NCBI RefSeq assembly: GCF_009914755.1
Contig: NC_060934.1
DNA length: 64,000 nucleotides
Reading direction: 5' to 3' (one strand)
Source: the human T2T-CHM13v2.0 reference genome, Homo sapiens
Shown: one piece after another, positions 1 to 13,658 of the stretch
Numbering within the stretch: position 1 is the stretch's first letter
Layout of the letters: every line of letters starts with the position of its first letter
The notes under the pieces: model-generated
Seen by the model: only the letters and a program-made list of their open reading frames with translations
Databases searched by the model: none
Told to the model about the DNA's origin: nothing
Translations under genes and position numbers: made by a program

Positions 1-149
1 TACCAATCTCTTTACCCTTTATAATGTCATGCTTACAAATGTCTGATCAAAATCTTAGATCGAATATCCTACCTGTCCCTGAAAGACCAATCATGTCTTT
101 TAGAACAGTTCTGTCTGGTTTTCTTCCTACTCATACCACCAATCTCCTG

Positions 150-860
150 CGCACCGAAGGTGAAGCCTCAGAGACACCCTTCACTCCAGTCTTCAGCTTA
201 CATGCCTCACAAATAAACTGCCATGTTCTCACCATTCAGCCTCTGCCACAGAACTCTCATCGTTTCCTCCCTGCTCATTTTTACTGCTACCTTTCTGACC
301 ATAAGACCAAACTGTCTTCTGCTGACACTACTGCAACAGCCTCTTCACAGTCTCTGCCCATCCCTCCTTGTCCAATCCAGCCTATGCATACTGAATATGG
401 CGTTCTCAAGCTCAAGTCTAACCTCATTATTCGTCTGTCAAAAAACTTTTGACCTCTAACCTCCTCCTGAATAATGACAAAATTTCTTAGACTGGCTTTC
501 AAAGTCCACTGGATTTTATCCAATTTACCTTTCCAGACTTATTGCCCATCCCCTAATGCCAAGGAACAATCTACTTCACTGCTCTAAATTTCAAATTAAG
601 AAACAGAAATGCTACCATCTATTTCGTAGAATTAAAAGAGGGTTAAAAGAAATGAGTATGAAAATGGTTTGTTTGACAAAAGTGCTTTTCAAATATATGG
701 TATAAAAGTTTGCTTCTGTGTATCTATCTTACCCCTGGATCCCCTCCCTTTCTACTGCAAGCCACTTAAAGGAAGGAACCATATCTCATTCCTCTTTTCA
801 TTCTTAGCATCTGACACAGTGCCAGCATGAAAAATTCCTAACAAAAGTATGCTGAATACA
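150..860 (+). mobile_element. LINE-2 3' fragments (old, degraded)
   Basis: L2-like motifs 'tactgcaacagcctc', 'cttagactggctttcaaag' and terminal 'agcatctgacacagtgcc...gctgaat'. Confidence 0.5.
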
Positions 861-1862
861 TTAATAACCAGTACTTAATAAAAATGTGTAAAAACCGGGG
901 TGAGTTGACTGAGTACATCTATGTTAGGGCAATATAAGTTCCACCAACAAGATACCAAGTCCCCAAAGAGTGGAAGAAATAATCTTCCTGAATAAGAAAG
1001 ATTACTTATATCTATACCTGATGATACATTAGTGGAGTGTTTTTCAGTTCTTTTTAAGATACGAAGAATTATTCTCATATTTAAGTCAATAGGAATTAAA
1101 ACACATTTTCAAACTGGTGGACTGCCAACAGAATCAATTCAATTAGCCAGTTTATCGAGTATACCAACTAGGTCTACCAGGATAGGTATTTGACACAATA
1201 CAGATTAATTAGAGATTTTTCTGGTAAATCCTGAAAACGTTTATTCCACAGAGGTTACATGTTGAAGTTTTTGTTTTTTAATGTTCTTTAATAATGCTCT
1301 TTCCAAAGCTCTAAAAAAGTGAAGTGCCCAAAGAGATTCCACTAAAGAGATTTCATTGGAATCTTTAGCACATTCCAATTACGTTCATTATACATGCAAA
1401 TAAGCCTTAAGAGGCAAGACGAAACTCAATATTTTTTCTTTCTTTTTAGAAAAAAGCAAAAAACTCAGTACCAAATCAAATTAATGATATTACAGATGAA
1501 AAGACTACATTCTGTCTCCTGGGACTGGGCATGTACACCAAAACCTCGATGACAAAACAGAACCTAATACATAAATGTCTATGGGGATTAACAGTAATTT
1601 ACTTATTAATATTCTCATGGGGTATCTTTTATGAGCTCTCAGAGGCAAGACAATTAAAAATTGTGGTCAGTGACACCAAAGATCACGGACAGCAAATTCA
1701 GACCTAGCTGCTTTTCCATAATGAATAATAATGAATATGTTGTTGGTGAAAGTCCTAGAACTTGAGGATTTAAAGACATCAATGAAATTAAGGCTTGGTT
1801 TGACTATTATAATAGTCAATCAAGTCTAACTTACACATTTCTCCTGGTAAAGAACAGAAATA

Positions 1863-2238
<376 letters not shown>

Positions 2239-2510
2239 TTAAAACTAAGCTTCTCACCCTTTTTTCTCTTTAATATTCTAATACATAAGAATAAATCCAA
2301 CAACAAGCATACAATTTGACATCTCAAGTTAAAAACTCAGATGAATTTTTGCATTTTACTAATATAATCATGTGTCTCTTGATATAAAATGAGTATTTTC
2401 TCCCTGTATCTTTAGGAAATGTGTCACTTTGGGAAGCTGTGTTGCGTTTGGTCTGTTCCCCTGAGTAGACCCTTGCCCGCCACCTTCTACGTATCCATTA
2501 GTCATCATCA

Positions 2511-2512
<2 letters not shown>

Positions 2513-2560
<48 letters not shown>
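2513..2560. repeat. (GT)24 microsatellite
   Basis: Perfect dinucleotide run. Confidence 0.97.
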
Positions 2561-2563
<3 letters not shown>

Positions 2564-5164
2564 CAAGTCCTGTTCATTTTAGCAGCAAAACAGTGGGCAG
2601 GAGTGATGACAGCAAGGCACCTGCAGGGCCAAACCCAGCACAGGCTCTGCCTGTCTACGTGATCAAGACAGACCCAGCAGTCTTGATCAAGCTTTTCCTG
2701 CAAGGAGGGAGTGTAAGGATAATGTGGAGAGATGTGACTCTTCCATGAGGGTGCAAGCAAGGCATCCCTGGTCCCTGTGAAGCAGGTGAAAAAAGACAGA
2801 CGGCCCACAACACCCTGGCCAAAAGCATCCCAAGCTGGCTCTGTGTGGGCCTATGACAAAGCTATGTTTTGGAGAAGTCACGGTGTCCTCTGGTTACCAG
2901 GAAGGCCTCAGGTGTTTAAGAACAGCCTGCAATGAAGCCCCTGGCCAGCAAGCACCCACTTTCCTAGCCCCAGCCATCTCTGCAGAGGCTTCAAGGAGGG
3001 ACATCAAGGCAGCCAGACTTCCAGGGGCCCCCCAGTTGGGTGATGCAAGCCACAGGCTCCTACACTTGCTTCTTAGAAGCAACTGCTGGCATGACTGGGG
3101 GATTTTCACCACTCTGCAACCCAAGCTGAGAAGCCCAGCCTTAAAACATTCTTGGCAGTCAAGAGTTTGTTTCAGTGGGGCTATTAAATTATAAAATTTT
3201 TGCCAGAAAAGAATATATTGTTTTGTGTAAAATAAAATTTCCAGGGCCATCCCCCAACAGATGAATACAATGATCTTATTAGAAATTGTACATTATCCTA
3301 TCCAACTTTCAGTCAGCTTTTAAAAATGTTTCTGCGTGAAGAAAAAAAATAAACTATTCAAAGAACAGCTAAAACAGGTGCCCACTGATTTAAAGAGTGT
3401 ACCTCTAATACACATTAATATCTGCAAATTTCTTATGCCACAATAATTTCACTATTGTCCTGCTTCTATAAGTTACATCATTAAAATGTTTCACTACAAG
3501 AAGTTTTTGTTCGGAATCTAAAATCACACTTAGAAACGCAGTTTTTCTGAGTTCATGTGCACCTCTTCCGATTCCGGCATTATTACGTATATAACAGCAA
3601 TGGCACTGTTCTCTGAGTTTTCCTAAAATAGTATTTTCATCACATCAGTCATATATGGAAAACTCTTCATACATTCTATAGAATTAGATGCAAATTCTTC
3701 ATTCTGGTATGCTAAATTCATACTAATAAGGTCACATCTTCACTACTACTTCTAACCCTTAACAGTTTTAGGCAGGTTAGGTCCCTGAGAACCACTTCAC
3801 ACATTCATTTTTACCTCTCTACCTTTTCTCATTTATCTTTACCTCTCTGTCTTCACAGATCCATCCTTCGAGACTTTTAGTTCTACCTTTTCTGTAATGC
3901 CTAGACTGCCTAACCTTATCCATCTAATCTATAATTTTTATCTCTATCAGCACTTACCAACTGTACCACCCAGGACAGTTATTTACAACTAGGACAATTA
4001 ATTACACATTCTATATCTACCTGCTTATACTTTTAAAGACAGAGACTTTGCTTTGTGCATCCTTTGTATCAGAGTATCAACATAACCCTCACAGAGAAAG
4101 AACAGCAATAATACATATAACCAAGGAAAAGCAAAAATTTCCATCCCTTATCAAATTCAAAAATAAACATCTGAATCTTAGAATGTCACCCTAATATACA
4201 CTGTCTGGTAGTCTAAAGATGGGAGGCACAAAGAGTTGCCATTATAAGATCTTATCCATCTCTGTAAGTACAAGAGATACTATTCCATAAAATGACGTGA
4301 CGACAGTCTAACAATACTTAACATTCAAATTTTGGTTATGTATTTTTTTCTGTTAAGTGAAGAATATTTATTTTTTAAAACCAGGATGACAAAACATTAA
4401 AAATACAATGAATATTATTTCTGATATATTAAAGAACCTTGAATTCAGAGACTACTAGAGTAGAATTTTATACTCTTGATGAAAAACAAAGAGGGCACCT
4501 GCTCTGACACAGAAATAAAAGAGCCAACCTCCGAATCTTGGTTGGAAGAGAGACACCAGTGCCTGTGTGAATTTCCTAAGGCAAGTGCCCTTTTTACCAA
4601 AGGGGACTGAAATGTTCTGAGGAGTTTTCAATAAGCAGCCTTTATCTTTCTTACTATCACAGTCTGAACTGCCTTCTTTAACAATCTAATTTGAGCTCAG
4701 CCATCTGAGTTTATGAAATTGTCACCATGCCTTAATGGAAAGCCACAGCTTAGATATCTATCCTGCAATATCCTTATTAGTACTATGAAAGAATTTCTGA
4801 ACATAAGACTTTACATCAATATTCACCATAATAGCTTTGCCTTATAAATTTTCTACTTAATACAGAGAATACTTTTACTTAATTTCAATGTGGTTTTAGT
4901 TTTATCTCATCAAAGATTATTGCTGAATATATGTCTTGAAAGATACTAGAAAAACTATCAAGTTTATTACTTCCTGCCAAATGTAGGTCCTTTATCAGTT
5001 GGTGAAAACCAGAAGCTTCTAAATTCTACTTTTATTTAAGTTTTTTTTTAAGTTGAGAAGATATTATTACTTGGAAAAAAATTCCACCTAATTTATTTAA
5101 AGCAATTGTTAAGTATTCTCTAGATGCTGTATATTAAGATCCTAGCAAGGGCTATCGTTTCTGG

Positions 5165-5365
5165 ATGCACCATGTGTAAAACACTACCCTCAGCACTTTT
5201 TGTACAAGACATTATTTAATCTGTCCTACACCAAGGTTATTATCTCCATTTTACAGTTGGAAAAATGAGGTGTAGAAAGGTTAAGTAAGGCCACGCGGCT
5301 AACAGAGACTCAAACGCAGACCTGACTCCTAAATCTGAACTCTTAATACTTATCCTATACTCCCT
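5165..5365 (-). mobile_element. MIR SINE
   Basis: MIR core 'attatctccattttacagttggaaaaatgaggtgtagaaaggttaagtaa'. Confidence 0.7.
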
Positions 5366-8300
5366 TCAGAATATCCTATTATTAGTATTTCAATGTTTTC
5401 ATGTTATACTGTAAAACCTTTCACTGAAAGAAGTGAATCAAATGTACTTTCTGAATCAAATATTAAATTATGTTCAGTATGATTTTCATTTTTAATTATT
5501 TGCAGCATTTAATTTCTTTGAAGATAAAAAGTCTCTATGAAACAAATGCATTGTATACTTCTAGAAAACAAAATATGTGATTAACTGGAACACCCCCATT
5601 CCCATACCAGGCTCTGTAACAAAGAGTTCATTATACTTCATGCAGAGCTGCTGCTGCGGCACACCCGCTAATTGGCTCCTTGGTAGCCTAAAGCAGCAAA
5701 CATACTTCCTCAGGAACCTACCAGTCAGGGAATGACATAGAATATAGCTCCATGACTCCAACTAGAAAAGAAATGGTAAAATTACTAAGCTGTTAATAAA
5801 CAGCTAATGATATAATAGTATTTAGTCACTTTTTATAAATTATCCCTTCAAAACTTATCTAATAATTTTCAAAAAGAGCTTTATTGCCGTTTACTAAAAC
5901 AGAGTTGTCTATCTAGTCATGCCCCAACTTACAAAATGATGTTCCATGGTCAAGATCAAGCTCAAAGTTCTCCCCATTGAAGAAGCACTTCCCAATTTCC
6001 AGTAGACTGAACTGCTCTTTTCATCTACCTTTCCACAGTAAACTCCATGTACTTCTGTTTAACACAGTTTATTCTGCTTTGATTATAGGTTATTTCTTAC
6101 ATATCCCTCTCCATAGCTGGTGTGGCTAGGACTGTCATCCCCCATACCTCTCCAGCCCTAGCAGAGCTTTACACACAACATTTGTGAAACAGTTTTTTCT
6201 TAATAGCAATTTGAATTAAGGTATACTCTAAGAAGGCCAAGCTGATTCAACTAATTGCTTTTTAAGTGGTATCAGTACTTTTATCCAAGATTTCTAAGCT
6301 TAAATATATAAAATACATAAAGACATTTTGTTTGGTGTATAATATATTAAATATATAAGATTTTAATATTTATAAGTATTTATTACATAGAAATATATTA
6401 AATATATCATGTCAAAGACCAAGAATTAATCCTTAAAATATAAGTTCAAAGAGATAAATGTCAAATGTCTGGATCCTAATAGTCTTAGATACCAGTTACA
6501 TGCAGGTAAGAAAAATCACTTCATAGTTAATTTGTATCACCAGCAGCTATTTAAAACACCTCCGCTACAAGGTAACTGTACCACCATAAATTAAATATAC
6601 AGGAATGCTACCTGTATTTCAAAAGTTAAAGCATTATTGTCATGGGAAAAAAGTAATCACAGATGAGGTGATCATAGTGGCCCAACTGGAAATGTTCTAA
6701 ACATAGAAGCCTGGAAAAGCAGTGTCCACAGAAGTGAGGGCTAATTATGTAAGAAATAGAAGTTATCCTCTTAGTGAGAAACTAACAAAAAGTGTCCAAC
6801 AGAGACAAGCTTTGGTCAAGCCAAAACCACCTGAGAGAAATATATTTAGTAATGTCAATGCTAAGGTGAAGGAAACACTTTAAATGCATACTTTCACAAC
6901 CAGTTACTGAAACTTCCACTCTTGTGTTCAAAGAAGCCAAAGTGTTTCAGTGCTAAAAAACAAACTTTCAAAAGCTGCTATTGTTTTCATGCTAACTTGC
7001 TAGTCTCAAACAATTCAAAACACCTAATTCCTAGTCTCTAAAAAAAAAACTAAAATAATATAGCACCTCATTAAAAAAACAAAAAGAAAAAATTCAAACC
7101 TTTCTATCAAGACTACAATCCCAAGTTTGATTCAAAGACTATAGACCTGACATTGTTGTACTAAATTAAATGGGTTTTAAAAATGCTACATTTCATTAAA
7201 CTTAAGACACCAGCTGAAAACATACCATTGGAATAGTTTTTATTGTCTCTTCTCCCTTACCAGTCCCCCCAATACCCCCCTACCCAAAAGCAGAATGGGT
7301 AAGTCCCATAATGGGTAAATATTTCTCAAAGATGTTCCCTTCTTCTCCCTCCTCACTGCCAAATGACCTCCATCAACTCTCACTAAAACAATTATATTAA
7401 CTTCCTAACTAGTTTCCCTGTCTCAAGTCCTTCTTCCCTTTCCCATCCTCTGTCCTCAACAGCTACTTCATGATAGAAGACATTAATTCAATCATACCAC
7501 AAACCAACTTAAACATTTTCATGGTTCCCCAGTGTCTATACAATGTCCAACCCTTAATATGAAATTCAGACCTGATATTTACACACCTTTTTCTATGAGC
7601 ACAAAGAGCAGGATTTATATCTCAACAATATGATTTCCTTATATACAGCAAATATTCCAAAAATAATAATGAAAATATCATTTGATTTTCAGAGCTGAAA
7701 TTCAGAAAAAAATCATCCTGATGGGCTAGAGTAGCACCACTGAGACAGCAGGTAACAGAATGAATCAGGAGCCTCGCAAGGGCCTTCTTTATATTCTTAA
7801 CCTTTAGAGTATAACATGTTCTTAATAAATGTTTGCTGAATGTGGGAATTTTCTGAGCCAAAACTCAAGATTCATACTTCAGAAATTTCAAATTTACACA
7901 GGAAATAACTGGACCAAATATTTGAAGTTGGGAATATAAAATCTCAGACTTGAAGGTAGCATAGGGGCATGACTGGAGGAACCTGGGCATAACATGTAAA
8001 AACCAAACTGGTGCCAGGGCCACATCTCCTCGCTGGCCTAGATCCTGACTGTTTTAAAGTAGACAAGGAAAGCAAGGTTAATTTGCAATAGGCAATTTTA
8101 GCCGACAAGTCACAGGTAAAAAATAAACTGAAAATAAATGTTTAAGACAATTTAGAATCATACAACTGATGTGCTTCCAATGCATTTTTCTCAAAATACA
8201 CATGTTCATTAATGGCAATTAGCAAAGATTATTAATCTACATGTAACAACAATTAAAAATAATTCTCTCAAATGCTACCTTAAAAGTTAAACCAAAAACC

Positions 8301-10429
8301 TTACATACTGATTTACAATAGTCAGTGCACTGGGGTCACTGGAATACAATCTTACTACTTTCCTATCAGAAACCTCAAGAGGGCTTACATGCTGTATCTT
8401 ATATTTGATCATATCATAACAACTTGTTCTCTTTAAGTATTGGACTCGCTACGTGTTATCCAGTGTCCAGTGCCTAAGAGCTCGTTAATTACCTAAACTA
8501 TATCTCCATAGGTCTTGTTAATTACCCGTCTCCTGTCTCAGAGGACCTTGTTAATAACTTGTACAGTCTCTCTAAAGAGGTCCTAACAACACATTAAAAT
8601 TAAAGATGCTTTTCTTTTAGCACCTGTCAAGTGCTGTAAATTGAGAAATTTTCACATCAGTTTATTAGCCTACACTAGTTTTTGTGAATTTTTTTGGCCT
8701 GTTTTCTTCTCTCTCAGAATCTTGCTATATCTCAATCTCTCAAGAAAAAAAAAAAACCAGCAAAGTTTGTCTTTTTTGTTACAGAGCTTTTTTTGTTTTC
8801 AATTTTGAAGACTCTAAATATCAATTTGCATTAGAGTTAGCACAAGGATGGCATCGCTGGTATCTGCAAATTAACCCACTGGGAGATACACCAATTAATG
8901 AGAGCTATTATAATGAGTATTAGGATGACAAAGGGTAAAAAAGTTTCAAGTAGTATCTGGGGAGTTAAACATAAAAGTTCTAGTTAGTGTTAAGGGAACT
9001 AATCACGTTGCATACTTCGTGTTTATAGTCATTGTTTCATTGGATACATTCTGTAAATCTCTGAGCACTAATGGATTAATGGGTCTAAAAATCATCTCAA
9101 AAGTTTTTGTCTTCTGTCTCATAAATGAAGCCACAAATTTTCAAGTGTGTAAAAGATTTATAGCCTACCATGAATAACAGGCAAATTATCTTTAACACTA
9201 GACAAATATGAGCAAAAAGTAAATATTGCTATTAAAACAAATCCTTTGCATATTAAGGTTTATGATGCCAACGACTGAACTTTAAACTCATTCAGGAAAA
9301 AAAAGTCCATTGGGACATTATAAAAATGAAGGTTTAAAAACTATCAATAGGCTCTTTTTCTTTAGGATCATTTATTTACTATACTTTTTAAAAATCAAAA
9401 TGTAAATTCTACAGTAAACAGTCTTTGACTTTTAATGAACATGTTACACAATTTCATAAAAATGGCTACATGCTTACAAGCTTATGGTGATTTGAAAATT
9501 AGAAAGACATTTAAATATACATTCCAGGTAACCAATTTTTTTGTACCTCCTGAGGAAGGTATGACACAAGCACAGACAGGAATTGACTCATTAAGGAAGG
9601 AAAGAAGGAAGAGGGGGAGAATCAGGTAGACCTGACCTCAGAAGTGGAAGGCACACTGCCATGAAAAATCACTAAAACATTACAAGTCTGCATCTTAGAT
9701 ACTATTTCTGTACCATCCTAAAATATAACTATTTGGCGTGAGATCATCTGCTAAAAAGGAGGGAGGCTCTTCCACCAAACATTAAAAATGGAAATACATG
9801 CTTTGGAAAATCAATTAATACTAGAAATAATATTACAGAACATACCATTTAGTTATTCAGGAGTAGTTAAGAATTTGCTACATGGCATTCACAACTACCA
9901 CAGTAGAGCAGAAAATAATGGAGTGAAAGCATGTTCTTTCTATGAGTCACAAATAGAAGGTCGGTCCCCAAACAAAATTCTCTGGTAAAAATATCTCCCA
10001 TTAAATTATTACTCTCAGAACAGCTGCCCCCCTAACATCAAACAACAGAAACTCATCACACAGAGTAGTAGGCTTATATTGATTTTTTTAAAAAAATTCA
10101 GAATAAGACATACATAAGCAATTTTCTCTAACAGACAGAAAATCTTACTCTCTCAATCTTATTCTCTCAAGCAGAATTCCCTTCAGTAGGTGGAGTTCTG
10201 TGGTCCTGAAATTTTTCAAGGAACTTACACCTCCTTCAAAGAATACACATCATGGAATTTCTCCTCAATTTACCATGGGTAGCATACAAATAGAAGCATA
10301 TTTTTAAGCGTCATTCATCACTATTGACTCTCAGGTTTTACCTCAATCCTGAGAAACAATTCATTCATAGATGCCATAAATATTTAATAGACTTTTCTGC
10401 CTGGTCTTCAATGCTCACTATAATTTAGG

Positions 10430-10472
10430 GTGTGTGTGTGTGCATTAGGTGCGTGCGTGCGTGTGTGTGTGT
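10430..10472. repeat. interrupted (TG)n/(TGCG)n microsatellite
   Basis: gtgtgtgtgtgtgcattaggtgcgtgcgtgcgtgtgtgtgtgt. Confidence 0.85.
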
Positions 10473-10674
10473 TTAACCTATTCAGCCATATCTTTTACTC
10501 CTTTCCACCATATCTCTGTTTTAGCCAAGCTAACTTCCTTACTATACCCTCTACCTTAGTTAGGGACCTGCAAGCAGAGCTAATATGACTAAGTTGTCTA
10601 ATTTAAGTACGCATTTGCCAGCACAATTCCTGATCTCCATTCACAGTGAATACTTACTGAAAGCTTAGGAAATA

Positions 10675-11223
10675 AAGTAGTCCCATCCCCTTATCTGTGG
10701 TTTTGCTTTCCAAAGTTTCAGTTAACCACCATAGTCCAAAAATATTAAATGGAAAATTCCAGAAATAATTCCTAAGTTTTAATTTGCGTGTCCTTCTGAG
10801 TAGCCTCATGACATGGTAGGCCATCCGATTCTGTACTGCCTGGGATGTGAATCATCCCTTTGTTCAGTCCCTTTGTTCAGTGTACCCACACTGTCTACAC
10901 TGCCTGCCCATTAGTTACTTAGTAGCCATCTCGGCTATCAGGTCGCCTATTGCAGTATTACAGTGCTTGTGTTTGAGTAGCCCTTATTTTACTTAATAAT
11001 GGCCCCAATGTGCAAGAGGAGTGATGCTGGCATATTGTTGTAATTGTTCTATTTCATTATTATTGTTACTCTCTTACTGTGCCTAATTTATGAATTAAAC
11101 TTTATCATAGGTATATATGTATAGAAAAAAAAACACAGGATATATAGGGTTCGGAACTGTGCCTGGTTTCAGGAATCCACTGGGGGTCTTGGAACGTATC
11201 CCCATAGAGTAGGAGGACCACTG
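10675..11223 (+). mobile_element. MER44 (B-like; TcMar-Tigger non-autonomous DNA transposon)
   Basis: TIR-like ends 'agtagtccc..ccttatc' and 'ggaggaccactg' flanked by TA; internal 'ttacttaataatggcccca'; about 550 bp; carries a local 13-bp duplication ccctttgttcagt. Confidence 0.8.
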
Positions 11224-12069
11224 TAGGTGATATAATATAGATTAGCAATTTTTAAACCCGATAGTCAATGGGAAGTTATTAAAATGTTGATTTTCATTTC
11301 AGGGCCTACTCACTAAAGATTCTAATTCAGTCAGAGGGGAGGCCCAACAAATTGTAGCTAAAAAAAAATAATCTCCAGGAGCCCTTGATGATCAGCACTG
11401 AGGTCATGCACAAATCTAGGTGCTGTGGTGCACCCAAGAAAGAGGATTCTGCACAACTGTTATGAAGCTTACACAGCTTAATATAAGACCTAGTACAATA
11501 AACATTGTATAGTAATTACTTCTTCTATATCAGCAGAAATCCAAAGGGAAACACGAGGTTATTACTCAAAAAAGAACACTCAGAGATGAGTTGAGAGTGC
11601 ACCCCACAATTGAGCCCGGGAATGAAGACGGCATGGCTTACAAGGACCTCAGTGTAGAGACATGGCAGTAAGGAAATTAACTTACCTAGAACAGGTTGGT
11701 GAGGAACAGTAAAAGAAAACTTGGAAGGTTAAGAAAAGCCTAAAATACAACAAGCCTTAGAACGTTAGAAAGAGGAGTTTGGATTTGGTGTTGCAAACCA
11801 GTAGTTCTTAAACTTTTTTGACTAGGGCTTTCTTAAACACAACGAAAGGTACTACAGCCCATGTGCCCTCCTCAGTAGGATAAATAATGCTAAGTGCTCT
11901 AATAAATATATATATAAATCTCAGTAACTTATATCCTGTGAATTTATCATTTGGACAAGGGCCACTTGGCTATTCCTCGTCAGGTGGGCCTTCCACTTGC
12001 ATGCAGAGACCCAGGCTGCTCCTACTTACAGCTCTGCCCATCTCAAAGATCCTCTCCATTCAGCTACTG

Positions 12070-12266
12070 CAGGGGTCAGCAAAGTATTTCTGTAAAGCCC
12101 AAACAATAAATAGTTTTAGCTTTGTGGGCCATATGGTCTCTGTCACAACTACTCAACGCTACCACTGTACACAATTATGACGATAATGCGGCTGTGTTCG
12201 AACAAAACTTTACAAAAACTGGCAGCAAGCCAGATTTGGCCTCCAAGCTTAGTTTGCCAATCCCTG
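12070..12266 (+). mobile_element. MER58A (hAT-Charlie MITE), probably inserted in an old MLT1 LTR (about 11930-12390)
   Basis: TIRs caggggtcagcaaa ... tttgccaatccctg; internal 'gctttgtgggccatatggtctctgtcacaactactcaac'. Confidence 0.8.
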
Positions 12267-12949
12267 GTCCAGGATATGGAGGAAGAGGCAAAACGGAGGA
12301 TTGTGTTAAGAGTGTTAAGAGGACATTCCATGGGCCAGACCTGAAAGTGGTATACATCTCTTCCATGAACTCTTAAATAAGCCAGAACTTGCTATGTCCT
12401 AGTTAAAAAAAAAAAAAGAAATGAAATGAACAAATTTGGCTTGGTGAAGACACACACCCATCATTTCCACTTTTAAGTGAAAAACAGCCTGGTGGTAACA
12501 TTATTTACAATTTATTATTTGTGATTTTATAATATATTAAAAGATAATTTGTTGTGAACAAATTAAAAATGGTATAACAAACATTCAGGCATATTTGTTT
12601 TTGGCAAATGATATACTGCTGATAAAAAGAAGGATTACTTCGCAAATTGTGTGATAAACCAAATGATAAATTAGTTGACAATTTATTTGATAAAGCATGA
12701 AAAAAATTAGTTGATACTGATGATGCTAAACAACCTGTGACTTACAATTAAAAAACAAGACTAGTGGCAATTATAAAATACAAACAACTTAGTACCAGTA
12801 ATAAACTGAGAAAACATTCTCCTGAAGATTACAAGAACTCCAACACTACTTACTGTATATGTGTCATAGGAGTTTTGCAGCATGCCAGCATTGGACAGCA
12901 TCCCGACTTCTTAGTAGCAAGCTGATTAGGCATCAATGGCACACACAAT

Positions 12950-13362
12950 ATTGTAAGCTCACTAAACCCAATTCAGCTTCCTTCTGCGTATACAGCTAAG
13001 TCACAGTTCTTCACAGGTTGCAGTGAGGCTGGGGCACGGGTGAGCTCTGGCCAATGGGACATATGTGGAAGTAATGCATACTGCACTAGGCCTGGCACAC
13101 AGAAATGACCCTCCTTTGATCCTCTCTCTCCTCCTGCGCTGCACTGATCTTGGAGGCCATGTGTTAAATGGTGGCATCACAAGAAGGAAGAAGCCTGCTT
13201 CCTGAGAGACTGTGCAGAGCTGGATGAATGCATAGAGCAAAGCACTCACTTTTCCTATCACCATTCCAGTGAACTCCTTTGTGACAAGAGTGAGCAATAA
13301 ACTTTTGCTGTGATAAGCCACTGATACCGTGGTTATTACAGCTGACAACCTACCCTAATACA
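12950..13362 (+). mobile_element. MLT1J-like MaLR LTR
   Basis: 'ctctggccaatggga..tgtggaagt', 'ttggaggccatgtgttaaatggtggcatcacaaga', and 3' end 'aataaactt..taagccactga..ccctaataca'. Confidence 0.7.
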
Positions 13363-13573
13363 CAGTTCTTAATAGTCTCCAGAAATGTGCTATTTAGATT
13401 GAATATTAAATTTTAGTAATCCTTTAAAACTTAGATTTTTAACAATGTTTAGTTGTACATAAAAATGCATACATACGGCTTTATGGATCTGTTTTCAGTC
13501 TATTAGAAAGATCTTCACAGCCCACGCAAGCAGGGCTGGAAGTAGGAGGCTAACGGAATGAGAGTAGCATTTC

Positions 13574-13658
13574 AGGAAACTGCTATACTGTGTGCATTAG
13601 GAAACTGGTTTGCTACACTGTGTGCATTAAGAAACTGGTCTGCTATACTGTGTGCGTT
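13574..13658. repeat. short tandem repeat, 3 copies of a 25-30 bp unit
   Basis: aggaaactg-----ctatactgtgtgcatt / aggaaactggtttgctacactgtgtgcatt / aagaaactggtctgctatactgtgtgcgtt. Confidence 0.9.

Noticed and set aside
24-523. 142-aa and overlapping ORFs
   Set aside because: They lie in degraded L2 sequence, with no recognisable protein or exon structure.
8478-13658. Periodic arrays (8484-8558, 13574-13658) as CRISPR-like repeat-spacer arrays
   Set aside because: Primate intron with only three units each, no unique spacers between long identical repeats and no cas genes.
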